A stretch of 64,000 bases of DNA, taken from Euglena gracilis (taxonomy: Eukaryota). Numbering within the stretch: the stretch's first letter is position 1; the number at the start of each line of letters is the position of its first letter. The stretch lies in the NCBI GenBank assembly GCA_039621445.1, contig CP154954.1:47285847-47349846 (forward strand). Reading direction: 5' to 3'. Both the position numbers and the translations under genes were made by a program. Positions 51,201-63,393 of this stretch are shown in pieces. Under the pieces are notes generated by a model. It was given only the letters and a program-made list of their open reading frames with translations, made no database searches and was not told where the DNA came from.

Positions 51201-54200
51201 TTGACTGGTTATATGGGGTAAGCCGCCCAGAAAAGTGAGCACTTGGGTGACGAGATTTGATTCATAAATACAGCAATCTGTTTCTCTCTCGTAGGACGTC
51301 CGGAAGGGGCTGTGCGTCCAGGGGCTGAACCATGACAGCGGCTCGATGCAGCACTACACGCGGTACCTCACCGAGGACCTTCCCAGGGGGAACGGGAAAG
51401 GTATATCCCCCTGTCTGCCTCCACCAGCGATCGTCAGGCAGGAATCATCTTCGTATTTGAGCGTTGGGTGGGAAAAAAAGTCTTGTGTCGTGTGTACTCC
51501 TGCAATTCAACACACACACCACATCGCGTCACATTGCATTGCATCGCATCGCATCGTATCGCATCGCACATGTATCCCCCAGCCCACACCGCAGATGCCA
51601 CGGCAGAGCCGGCGTACCCACAGCACATCGTGGTGTGTACAGGAGGCGGCCCAGGCGTCATGGAGGCGGCCAACCAAGGAGCGGCGTCGGTATGGGATTC
51701 GATGACGATCTTGCACACAGCGGGGGATATGCAACTTGCATAATTTGCATTTTTTGCATAATCAGGGTTTCCGAATTTTTTTTGCTTTTTTTTTTGCATT
51801 TTTTGCATAAAATATTTTGCCCTGAAAATTTTTTTTGTAGTTGGTCGCCATATGTTTGCATTTTTTTGCATTTTTTTGCATAAAATGTTTTGCCCTGGAA
51901 AAAAATTTTGTAGTTGGTCGCCATATGTCATGTTTTGTCTCTGGTCTCTCTGCAGTTGCCTGGGGTCTTTTGGGTCTCAGTGCTTGCCATTGCTTTCCAG
52001 GAGGTCTTCCTTGTGAATCATTGACCCTTTCGGATTCATTTTCACATGTTTTTTTTAGGCAGCAGCAAAAAACTCTGTTTTATTTTCTTTTTTGTTTTTT
52101 TTTTATTTTTTTTTTTTTGCTTTTTTTTCATTTTTTTTCCTTTTTTTTCCTTTTTTTTTGACTTGCATAATTTGAAGGGCCAAGTTGCATTTCCCCCCCC
52201 ACCTGCACACAGGCAGAATAAAGGGCCCTCTTTTTAAAATACCATTCTTTGACATTGATCCCAAACTTCCTGAATGGACGAGGCTCACTGTCCCCCAGAC
52301 ATTTCCTCAGGCATCCACCCACATCCACGGCACCATTTCAGGTAATTTTAAGAACTTTTTTAAAGGAATTTGGCCAAAGTGCTTTAAAGCATTAAAGAAA
52401 TTTTAGTAAGACCTTAGAAAACAGGACTTTAAAGAAATTTAAAAGGTTTTAAAGAATTTAAAAGGAAAAAAAAGTATTTTAAACATCTTTTAAAGAGTTT
52501 GACATTTTTCTCCTTGAAATAATATTCCTTGGCTTCCACCCCTGGCCTCTGATTATCATTTACTGAACCCCCGGAGGCCGGGTTGGACTGCAGCAAGTTC
52601 GAAACAAAATTATAAAAATAATGTTTGATAAAGCTCCCTTTTTTGACTTGCATCAGAAAAAAAAATTCCACTCCCCCCCATGAGAGGGTGTCTTTCCAGA
52701 GGATTTTCTGCAGCTGGTCCCAGTTCCTGGCCAGCAGACCCCTCCCCGGGTCCTCGAGCAACGGCCTGGTCCAACGCCCCCCCCCCCGGCATGGCTTCCT
52801 CTCCCGCCACCATCTCGGGGCACAGGTGCCCGGGGCCAAGACGATGGGGATGGGCATCTCGCTGCCCTTCGAGAAGGGCTCCCCCCAGGGCCAGCCTGGG
52901 CAGCCCCAGCACTGTCCTGCTGGGCCCCAACGTATCTAGTCGCTGAAGCCAAACATCAGTTGAGGGCCAGGCGGGACGCAGTCAAACCATACGTCCGCGT
53001 TGTAAAGGTTGGGGCAACGACTCAAAGGGAAGCACAGGTGGTATCAAGTATTGGAAGTGTTTTATTGACAAGAGGCAGGTTTTTTGGAAGTCATAAAATC
53101 AGAAACCCTGGCATTCATCAAACATATTCACCGGACATGTTTCTGTCAGTCAGTCATGATTTTGGATTGATTGATGAGGAAATTTGTGGGAAAATGAATT
53201 TTCATATCTGTAATTTTGGACAGGAACCCTCCCATCAGTTGAACCCTGCCAACGGTCGCCCCACCTCCCGTGAAGGACCACCCGCTGACCCGCTGTAACA
53301 GACCAGGAATTTGTGCTTATCTTGAAATGGATAAGTACAGATAGCTTAAGAATGAGTTTGGACCCCAAGACAAGACATGGACAACCAAGGGGAACCATGG
53401 TTACCGGATTACCAGGTCACCAGGTTACCAGGTGGCTGGTGAGGATTTTGACTCGGGGGAGGGTAGGGGGTCTCATACAACGTACACCAGCAAGCATTCG
53501 AAGCGCATCGTATGAGTTTTGGGTTGTAGAATTTGGTGAGTTTCTGGCAATCGGTTTTTCTTTATTGTACCACCACATTTTTGGATGGTTGCCCAGTTGC
53601 CCAGTTCCCCTGTCGGCCAAGCCCCCCCACCCCCCCTCCGGCAGTGGACAGGGCGGACGAACCCTGGCCGCCCCTGCCCCCAACCAGTACGTCACCCCCG
53701 AGCTGGCCTTCGAGTTCCACTACTTCTTCACGCGCAAGTTCTGGATGGTGTACCAGGCCCACTGTATCGTGGTCTTCCCGGGCGGCTTCGGCACCTTCGA
53801 CGAGCTCTTCGAGGTGTGCAGGGGTGGCCGGCAATGCAAAGCTACCCTGCCGGGGGTGCCTGTGACATTTCGACGAATGCATCTGATTGACAATGCTACC
53901 ATAGTTGGACTGAACAGTGCATTTCTGCTCTGCAGGTGCTTTTCTGTTCATTTGTATGCAGTTTTTTTTGAAGAAGAAGAAGAAGAAAAGAAGAAAATTA
54001 TGGCAATTCGGGGGGGGGGGGGGCAATCAGGATAGTGGTGATTGTTAAGTATTGTCAGCGGGGCCCGCTCACCGCGTCGTCATGGTGCCAAAAGGCAATC
54101 GCAAGCGCGAACCCGTTGTGCATCAAGTCGGTCTAAAGGCCTTCCAGATGCCGTTCTCGTTCCCCCCCCCGGCCTGTCTATGGCCGTCGCGATTCCAATC

Positions 54201-54710
54201 CGGAAGACAGGAATCGCAGTTCTGCCAAAAGGCAGCGGGTTGGGTTCAAGGTTTCCTGGGCGGATATTCCCCTCGGTGTGGTTGCACTTGGGCGGGCCTT
54301 GGGCTGCAGGCCGTCACCCTGAAGCAGACCGGCAAGCTGCGGCCGGACCTCCCCATCGTCCTGTTCGGCCGACAGTACTGGGAGAAGGTGGGCCGCATGC
54401 ACGCATGGGACGGCGTTTTGGCTGGACCAGCCTCCCCCCCCCCGGTTCGAGACAGGTGGCGTATGGAAGCCGTGGCCTGGCGGGGGGAGCGGGGTGGCGA
54501 ATCCTCTTCCCGGCGCAGGTCATCAACTGGCAGGCGATGGTGGACCTTGGCACCATCTCCCAGAAGGACGTGGACGACCTGCTCTTCACGGACGACGTGG
54601 CCGAGGCGTACGACTTCATCACATCGTCCCTCGCCCCCAACAAGCTCGCCATGTCGCCGCTCTTCCTGCCCGCCAAGGCCTCCCCTGCGGCCAGCAAGTT
54701 CCAGCTGTAA
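48283..54710 (+). CDS. LOG-family nucleotide phosphoribohydrolase (often annotated lysine decarboxylase-like)
   Basis: Exons 48283-48478, 50194-50271, 50974-51117, 51295-51400, 51595-51689, 52826-52882, 53682-53813, 54310-54387, 54519-54710 splice in frame. Motifs FGSAR, CTGGGPGVMEAAN, GISLPFE, FHYFFTRK and PGGFGTFDE. Confidence 0.92.
51720..52200. mobile_element. MITE-like element with GGGGGATATGCAACTTG / CAAGTTGCATTTCCCCC ends and TTTTGCA repeats
   Basis: Inverted ends. Similar TTTGCATTTT-rich sequence at ~41660-42125. Confidence 0.55.
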
Positions 54711-55078
54711 GCCGGCGCCGCCGCCGTTGGCGGAATATTTTTTATGGGATGCGCCGCATGGGCTTCGAGGGCTCAAAAGGGTGTGGGGGGGGGAAGCTTC
54801 GCGCAGCGATCAGCGTTTTTATTTTTTTTGTTCTGCAAGTTTTTCTGGGTTATTTTGCATTCGCTCTGCCCCTGGTTTTTTTGGCAATGTTTGTTCTCTG
54901 TTCAATTTTGAACATCCGGAACGCCTTGAACTAAGAACAAAAAAAAGTTTGGATTTTTTGTTGAAATCTCAGAAATTTCCAAAGTCTGGAGGTTATGCAG
55001 CAGATAAATTATTTTTCAGTTGTTGAATGTAAGTGAATCCCACCAGTGGCACGAAAGGTGCATTCCCCGGACCTCAGA

Positions 55079-55080
<2 letters not shown>

Positions 55081-55158
<78 letters not shown>

Positions 55159-55234
55159 GATATATATATATATATATACACATATATATACACATATATA
55201 TACATATATATATATGTATGTGTATATATGTGTA

Positions 55235-55317
<83 letters not shown>

Positions 55318-55323
55318 GTATAT

Positions 55324-55358
<35 letters not shown>
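55081..55358. repeat. Compound (TA)n/(TG)n microsatellite
   Basis: Direct inspection. Confidence 0.97.
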
Positions 55359-55361
<3 letters not shown>

Positions 55362-55939
55362 GAATGATCAGCATGCGCTTTTTGGGTGATGCCGTTGTGA
55401 TCCACATCACACCTCACAATCTTTGCCCATGCCACGGATGGATTTCGTTTTTATCAGCACTGACCCATGGACCCATGGAATATGTTGACGCTTGCGACGG
55501 TCATTTTCTCTCTCCTCTGCCTGATTTGTGGTATAGTTCACAACATTGCATGTCACCCCCCCACATACCATTCAAATGCTTTATCTGGCCATGTACCCAT
55601 TCCCACCAAACCCACACGCTGCAAACAGAGAAATACCCCAACTGCCCAAAATGTGTAGGAAATACGTGGGGGAAAATCAAATTGCACGGATTTCTTGGGC
55701 CTCGAAAGATTTTGAGTTGGGTTGGGTGTCATTTTTTTCCGCAGTCTCCTGACTCCCAAGTCAAAGCAATGAGTGGCGAGCAGCTTCGTGGTTAATTTTT
55801 GAATTTGCAACATTTGCGAAACTATCCATTTTCTGCGCCACAAAGTGCATGCCCACTCCTTGGGGGGAAAAACCGGCAAGGGAGTCGGAAACCAAGGGTG
55901 GACGGGACACCGAGGGGCAAATGGGAAAATTTAAAAAAC

Positions 55940-58696
55940 ATTAGGGGTGGTGAGGACTACCTCTGACCTTTTCTGCTTCTCGGTGGGCTAACGAGGTAGG
56001 GAGTTTTTTCTCATCTTCGAAACCCGCCATCTTACTCCTGCGGCTTGAGGGCCCATTTAAACGGACAGCTCCAAGCCACAAGACCCCAGTGAGGTCCTGC
56101 TCTTCTTTCCGGCTGTTGTCTTTGTGTTTTGGTGTTGGTTTGGTGTGTATTACTGCTGCTCTTTGCCGGAGTAGGCGGATCATAATCGTCCTTTTTGCAC
56201 GGAGCTGCAACCAATTGTTCAAGCCGATCATGCAATTTACACAACTGCAAGACGAGACCGACAGAGAGGCCTTCGAAGCGGCGCGGAGCAGCCTTTTCTT
56301 ACAAGAATCGCTAACAGCAGCCCTCTTACGAGATGCGGACGCTACCACCGTGATGGCCACGATTGGGTCCGGTCAGAAGTGAACTGGGGCCGGTTGGGGT
56401 ACAACCCGCTGTGCCCTTGCAGTACGGAAGCTCACTGGAGTGGCTATGCGGAGTCTACACTGCAACCTTACTTAGCGGCATCCCTTTACAGCTTGGCCCT
56501 TACGAAGAACGTTTCGATACTTTCACTGGAGCTGGGCGAGAAGGCGTCGGACGCGGCCTTCAAGCTGTCCGAGAAGTGGACAACGGCGACGACGACAACG
56601 ACGGAGATGGATCGCGACGAGGAGGCAGCGCGCGCGGCAGAGGAAGCCCAGGACTTCCCCTGGCAAACGGCCGAGGAGGCACCGCCGGGGGACATGGAGA
56701 GGATATGGGCACAGGTACAGTCTGGGGACTTACGTATGGAAGTTCGAAGTTTACTGGAACAGATACCAGCCTGGCAGGCGGAAGAAAATAACCACCGTCA
56801 AGATGGTAAGAGTGGGTATGACCGCACTCTGCGCACAGTACAGCAGAAGCTCTTGAATATCTTACGTATCTTGGCAGCGCTGCACTGCACCTTTCAAGGA
56901 CCCCCTGAGGATGTATTGGGTTTGAGCCAACAGCTGTTTGCATATGTGGCTGCCTGTGAGGGGGACATTGTCAAGGAGAGGAAGAGGAGGAGCATCCCTC
57001 AACTATACAACCAGGAAATGGCCTATTCACCCCTGAAGACATCAAAATGGCCAAAGCTCAAGTTGGCATCAACAAAGAGGGTATCAGCCCCCCTTCATGG
57101 GTGAGTTCCCCAAGTGGCATTTTCCCACCCCCACAGGTGGAAAAGGGTGGAAATTCAAGCAATGGCCAACAGTTTGGCAAGCGAGACCATGGAGGTCTAA
57201 CCCCAAAGGGAAAGGCAAGTCCAAAGTAGGAAAATGGTTCGCCCACCACCTTGCCAGGAAGTATTGCTCCTTCCTTTTCAGATCAGAACTCCTCAAGTTC
57301 CAAAAGGACATTGTGTCCTCCAGAGTTGGGCATTGTGCCAGAAACTCAACCATCCCTGAGGGGCAAAAGCCAAGACATTTGCAGGCTGTGGGAAGCTGCA
57401 TGCTTGAGATCTGTGGAGCAGATCGCAGAGGTGCTGCTGCTGACAGAGGAGCACTTTTTGGGGTTGCCTTTGTTTCAGAGACTTCAGACCCAGTTGCCAT
57501 GGTGGCAGAAAGTTGCCCCCCCAAGGTGTTTCAACTCATTACACAGGGGGTAACCCCCCCTTGGGAGACACCCCCCTCCCTCAGCACATTTTCTATACCA
57601 AAATCAGAGGTGGAAATTCAAAAGGCAAAAAATATTTTACAAGACAATTTCCGAGCAGGAGCCATAAAACCAGTCCCCTCGGAGGGTACCCAACACATCA
57701 TCCCTTGGTTTGTAATCTCCAAAAAGGAGCCTCAGGGAGAAAAACATCGTTTAATAAGCGACTGTCGCCAACTAAACCAGCACTTTTCCGCCCTCCCTTT
57801 CAAACTGGACAACATCCAGGTCATCTTCAGGCACCTAAAGAAAGGACAGTGGGGAGCTAAAGTAGACTTAAAGGACGCCGACTTTCATTTAATGTTGAAT
57901 CCAACCCTGAGGCCCTACATGAGGATGACTCTGGAGAAACATGCTTGGAATTCCAGGCAGCTTGTTTTGGTTTAAATGTGCTGCCAGAAAAATTCATAGC
58001 CTCATCAAGTGCCTGGAAAAACGTTGGAAGGCCAAAGGCCTTTTATGCTTTGTGTACCTGGACGACATCTTCTGCTGGGGGACAGCCAGAAGCAAGTCAG
58101 CAATCACTTGGCCATCATGCTGGCAGATTTACTGCAGGGGGGTTTAAAAATCAACAGCAAGAAATCGATCTTTCAACCCACCCAAAATCTCCCACATTTG
58201 GGATTCCACCTCAACCTGGCACATGGAAAGATACAGTTGGGGGCAGAAAAACTAAATCTGGTCCGGAGGGAACTTGGAAAATTGGTCACACACCAGTCCC
58301 TCAGTTGCAGAAATATGGCCTCAATTTTGGGGTGCATAAGAAGCTTCCTGGTGGGGCTGCCCTTCCTCAGGGCATTTACAGACACTTTGGTAGGTTTTGT
58401 CAAACTACAAGAAAATTTTAGCTGGGATCATTAAGTTCCAATCTCAGAGGAGGTGAAATCTCAACTGACAGATGTACGAGAAATTCTGCCGACCTGGGGG
58501 GGGGGGGACCCTTCCCAAGCCCAGCAAACAGACACCTGGAGTCAGACAGTTCAAATTTTGGTTGGGGGGGCCTAGACCTACAAGCTTGCACCCAGTTGCA
58601 GGAATTTTTGCGAAAAGATTCTCACTTACATATAAATGTAAAAGAATTGAACGCAGCCATCTCCACTGTAAGGTCTTTGGCCAGAAAAGGGGTGTC
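55940..58696 (+). mobile_element. Decayed DIRS-type retrotransposon (ORF1, RT, partial RNase H), 3'-truncated
   Basis: RT motifs HRLISDCRQLN, FKLDN, KVDLKDADFH, ACFGL and VYLDDI. RNase H motifs SDSSNFGWGG and HINVKEL are characteristic of DIRS. Multiple frameshifts; 5' boundary approximate; no tyrosine recombinase in the window. Confidence 0.8.
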
Positions 58697-59050
58697 GACT
58701 GTCGGGGGCGTCCGACAGTCAAAAATGGTAAGGCGGAAGCTTTTGAAAACACGGAATTTTCATTCCGCGCAAGGACGCACATTCAATAGGAAAAGCCTAA
58801 TTTGAGGTTCTAATTTAACACAATTTGCTTCCGCAGACCTTTGTGGGTTTTTTTCCCTTTGGCTGTCAATCAAATATTGAATTGGAGAATTGAATTCAAG
58901 ACAAGGTGCATTGTTTGGAAGAATTGTCAATTTCAGGTCCTTCTTCCCACTTTCACGGTGTGTGCGTGTTTCTGTTGCCTTTTACCACCATCCATTGCAC
59001 CAAAACACCCACCCTGACCATTTCCAGTGTTTTTGCATACTTAAGAAAGG

Positions 59051-62000
59051 GTGGGTGAAATGGCTTCGTGGGGACTGAAATTTGGGATTACATTTTTAAA
59101 GGAACGGAATTTTGACTTTGTGCAAGTTTTCAGGGAAAAAGCAAATTCGATCCTACGCACACCCCTCTGGTCGGGGGGTACACCAGCGGGCGAAACGGGG
59201 GGTGGCCTGAGCCCTCCACCACCCGGAAAAACACTGGCCCCGGGCCAGGGAACGGCAGCCCCAGGGGTGGGTGTCGGGGACGAGGCAGCCGGCTGGGGGG
59301 CTGGGGTCTCGGGTCCGACGCTCGCAGGGGGGGCGCCGGGTGTGAACATGGTTAGCAGAGGTGGCTTCACTGACCCTGTCAGTGAAGAGTTTTCAGAACC
59401 CCTGAACATGGTACGCAGAGGTTGCTTCACTGACTCTGTCAGTGAAGAGTTTTTTGATTCGGTTGATGACAAACCTGAACATGATTGGCAGAGGTGGATT
59501 CACTGACTTCGTCAGTGAAAAGTTTTCGAATTCCCTGAACATGACAAGCAGAGAATTTTTTGCCAACCCTGTCGACAAAACTTTTTTCAGCCCAGAAAAC
59601 ACGGACGAATTTGCTGGCACAGCCAGCAGAAATCTTGCTGAAAAGTTTGACATGGTCACAGAGGTTTCAGAGTCCAAAAAGTTTGCTGAGTCTGTGAATG
59701 TGGAATCACAGAATTTTTCAGGTCAGCCACCAGATTTTTCGGAGAGCAGCCCCCGAAATCAAAATGTCAGAACTGCAGAATCTGTGGAATCTGAGGGGTT
59801 GCTTCGAACAATTGGCTGGTTGGCTGATTGGAATCATTCAGGTTTTTCTGCAGGGTCTGCCAATCAATCTTCAATCTCAAATCAATCAATTCCCAGATCC
59901 CTGCCATTTTTCATTCACAGGTTTTACACAATCACAGGTTGCCTCAGGTGATAATTCAGAGTTTTCGTCTGAAAAATCAGGGGATAGCCCTGTAAACTGT
60001 TTCCCCGTAAGGATGATAACTGCAAAGGGGGAAATTTCACAGCCAGAAGGGGAAAATCAGCTGGTTCAGTGGGCAGAATCCCCCCCGTCGTATCAAAGTG
60101 ACTGTGAAACGGAGGGGGAGGGTGCGCAAAACCCAGATCGGTTGAGAGAAATGGAGAATTTTTTGATTGCTGCAGGTTGGGTACCACCCAGAAATCAGGG
60201 TTTGGAACAAAATCTGCCAGATTTTTCTGCGAATTTCAGTTTTCTGATGCAAACCCCCCAGCTGGACAGCCAGTTTGGAAATCAGTGTCCTGATTCTGGG
60301 ACACAAATTCCACAGATCGAGGGGGGTGAACCTGTGCTTTTGTTGGAGGACAGATTTTCAGTGGACCGTAGATTAACAGCCAACAAGGGGATGGTAATTT
60401 TGACAGAGCCAGACCCTGAAAATTTAACATCAACAATTTTAACAGCTGAATCTTCCAATCTGGCCATAGGTGGGCCAGCCGGGCTGTTAAATCATGCAGG
60501 GTCTAACATGGAAATGAGGGGGGATGAGGAAATGGAACCAGAATTGCCTGTTTTTCAGCCCCCTATTTTTGGACCACAGCCCCCCGAATCAAATTGTCAG
60601 ATGGGGGGTGATGATTTTGACTCATGGGACCAATGGGCATATGGGGTGGATTGTTATTTACAGGAATTGAGCCGAAGCATAACTAACTGGGAGAGCATAA
60701 TTCCCCCCCAGGTTGTGATTGAGAATCGGCTGGAAATTTTTGAGAAGAATTTGGCTGAAAAAAATGCTCGAGCACAGACAGAACTTTTGCATTTCATCCA
60801 TGAAAATTTGGAGAAACAAACTGCTGAAATGTGCAGCCAGTTTGAGCACGAAAAGCAAAAAAGTCAGGAGCGAATTCAGCAATCAGTCAGCCAATTTATT
60901 TTACGATGTCAGGAAGGGGGGAGTGCTGTGGAAAACATTGCAAACTGCCACAAACAACTTTTGGGGATTGAAGTTCAAAGGCAGATCGAAGGGAAATTTC
61001 ATGATTTTGAGAAAAAATTACGGGATTTTCTGGGTGGTGAGCTGGCACAACTTGAGAGCCGTGGAAACAATGTCCAAAACAAATTGTTTGCACCAGGTGG
61101 GTTGGTCGAGCAAGTTGGAATTTGTTTACATTCTGTCGAGGGAATAAAGTCAGATTTTCAGAAAGAAATTTTGGCAGTTCGGCTAGGAAATCGTGAGCTA
61201 TGCTCTGGGGTGGACAGAAAATTTGCTGAAATCGCTGCTGGGCTGAAAATGGTGGGGGAGGAATCAAAATCAAGTTTTGGGACATTGGCCCAGGAAATTC
61301 AGCAGCGATTTGAAGCAATTAAAAACGAGAGCAAAGCTCTGGGGGGCAGGATCGCAGCAGTTGAGAAATTTCTGGGAAGCCAGGAGGTGCCTTGGGATAA
61401 GGTGGTTGAAATGCTGGGAAAATCAGAAGCAACAATTCAATTGGAAGTTCGGAGGGAAATGGCAGCCCAGGTCAGAAAAATGATGGAAATTATGATGGTG
61501 CAAATGATGGATGAAAAGCTGAGGCAAACCCAAAAGGAAGAACATTTTGAAAAATTGCAAACTGACATTGAAAATCGAGTGAAACAGCAATTTTTCACAG
61601 TTTTGATGAACATGCAGACAGATTTTCAGCGTGAAAAGAGTCAACGGGAGGGTTTGCAAAAACTGTGTCAAACTTTGCAGACTCGTTTGGATTTCATGGA
61701 GGGGAGGGTTCAGGAAATTTCAGCCGAAAAAACACACAGCAAATTGACCCCAAGGCACCTGAAGTGGCCCAGCCCAAGACAATAAATCAGCCGAATTCTG
61801 GGATTTTTGGCATTAAGGGGGTGTCACCGGCTCAATCATCTGGGATTTTTGGGATTAAGGGGGTGACCCCAATGATGCCATGTGAAATCTGGGATGTAGA
61901 CCTGGGCGGGTGTAGACCATCAAATAGTTCACAGGGGGGTGCAATTGCAATAAATCAGGTCAGTGGCATTTGTGCCATTGGGGGGGCACCCCAGCGACCC

Positions 62001-63393
62001 CCAGTCATAAGCGTTGGAAACCCAGCATTGCAGCATGTGATGAGAAATTTGATTGCACCCAAATTTTCAGGGAAATCACAGGATTGGCAGCAATTTTCAG
62101 AGGATTGGGAAGCATTTTTACGGAAACTGACTTCTGGAGGGGGGGAGGTCAGTGATGATTTGAAAGTTGCTCTGTTGGAGGATTGTCTTGACGAAACGAG
62201 CAAAAAAATTCTGAAGCTCCATCTCAAGGAAGGGGGGATCAATTTTAATGCCGGGTGGGGTCACCTGGAAATGACATTTTCGCAGAATCAGGAATCTGGG
62301 GCAAGGCAAAATTGGCAGCAGGTGAGCCTTTTTAATATGGGCAAAGTAGCCCTTGAGCACTGGCTTGAATTTCAGGCAAATTTCAAGATGGCCAAGTGCA
62401 AGGTTAAGGATGCCGGGGAGGGGGAAGCAAAACGGCTTTTGTTGCAGAAACTTCCCTCATTCATCCTAAAATGGGTTTTAGATGAGGAGGAAAGGAGGCT
62501 GAATAATCAGCCAACTTTACGCCTAAAGGTGCCAGGGAATAGGAATTCAGAAATGGTTTCGGAAAGCTTGGGGAGAATACTTGGGAAAAGACCCACAAAA
62601 GTGTCGGAAATTCACGAGGAGGAATTTGAAATCATTTTCCCTGACATTTCTACCTATGAAAAAGTCAAAAGTTTTCATGGCAAAGAGTTTGACGATTCAA
62701 ACGTTTTGTTTCAGGTTCAGGAAATTGAACCGATTTTGACCACCGAGGACATTTTCAACCTCGTGAAAACAAAATTGGCACTCAGAAACAAACATGACGC
62801 CTTACAAAGTTCTGTTTCATCCCCAGGCTATCAAGGGGTTTAGGCGTTCAAGGTCGGTGGGTGCTGAAAATCGAGGGGGGAGGCAATCGGGGAGTCGGAA
62901 GAGTTCACCTGGGTCAACCCCAGGTAGGGCAACGACACCTCCCCCAGCCAGAAGCAAATCACAAATCAGCGAAACAGCAAAACCTGATCAATATGTTGCG
63001 GTTTCATCTTCAAATGTGCAGCCATCAAGCAATTCTTTAAGGCTTTCAAGGGTGGCGAACCCACCCAATGTGCAAAGACCGGTGGTGTGGGGGGCACAAT
63101 GGAACCCACCCCCCTCACAACCAACAATGCCGTATGTTGCTAGACAAGCCCCGTGGAACAGAAACAATTTTCAGCCGTATGGCAAGGGCAGCCAATGGAA
63201 AGGTGGGAATAATTCCCAGGGACATGGGGCAAATAACTCCCAATGGTATGGGGGTAACCAACAGGGATACAAGGGGAAGGGTGGTAAGGGAAGGGGGAGA
63301 GGCAAAGGATTTGACCAGAATTTCGGTGCCAAAGGGGGGAAGGGCAATAACAATAACCCAACGCCAACGCTGGCCCACCCTATTCGTCATTAG
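59051..63393 (+). pseudogene. Gag-like polyprotein of element D, frameshifted
   Basis: Overlapping ORFs 59051-59506, 59442-59951, 59698-61785, 61665-62843 and 62794-63393. Confidence 0.65.
59343..59560. repeat. ~60-bp tandem repeat with internal palindrome TTCACTGAC-N3-GTCAGTGAA (3 full copies, 1 partial)
   Basis: Direct inspection. Confidence 0.85.

Noticed and set aside
55009-55795. ORFs rich in IY/TH/CV, and the poly-F ORFs at 17884-19136
   Set aside because: Translations of microsatellite and poly-T tracts.
59343-59560. CRISPR array
   Set aside because: Units repeat along their whole length with no unique spacers, there are no cas genes, and the context is eukaryotic.
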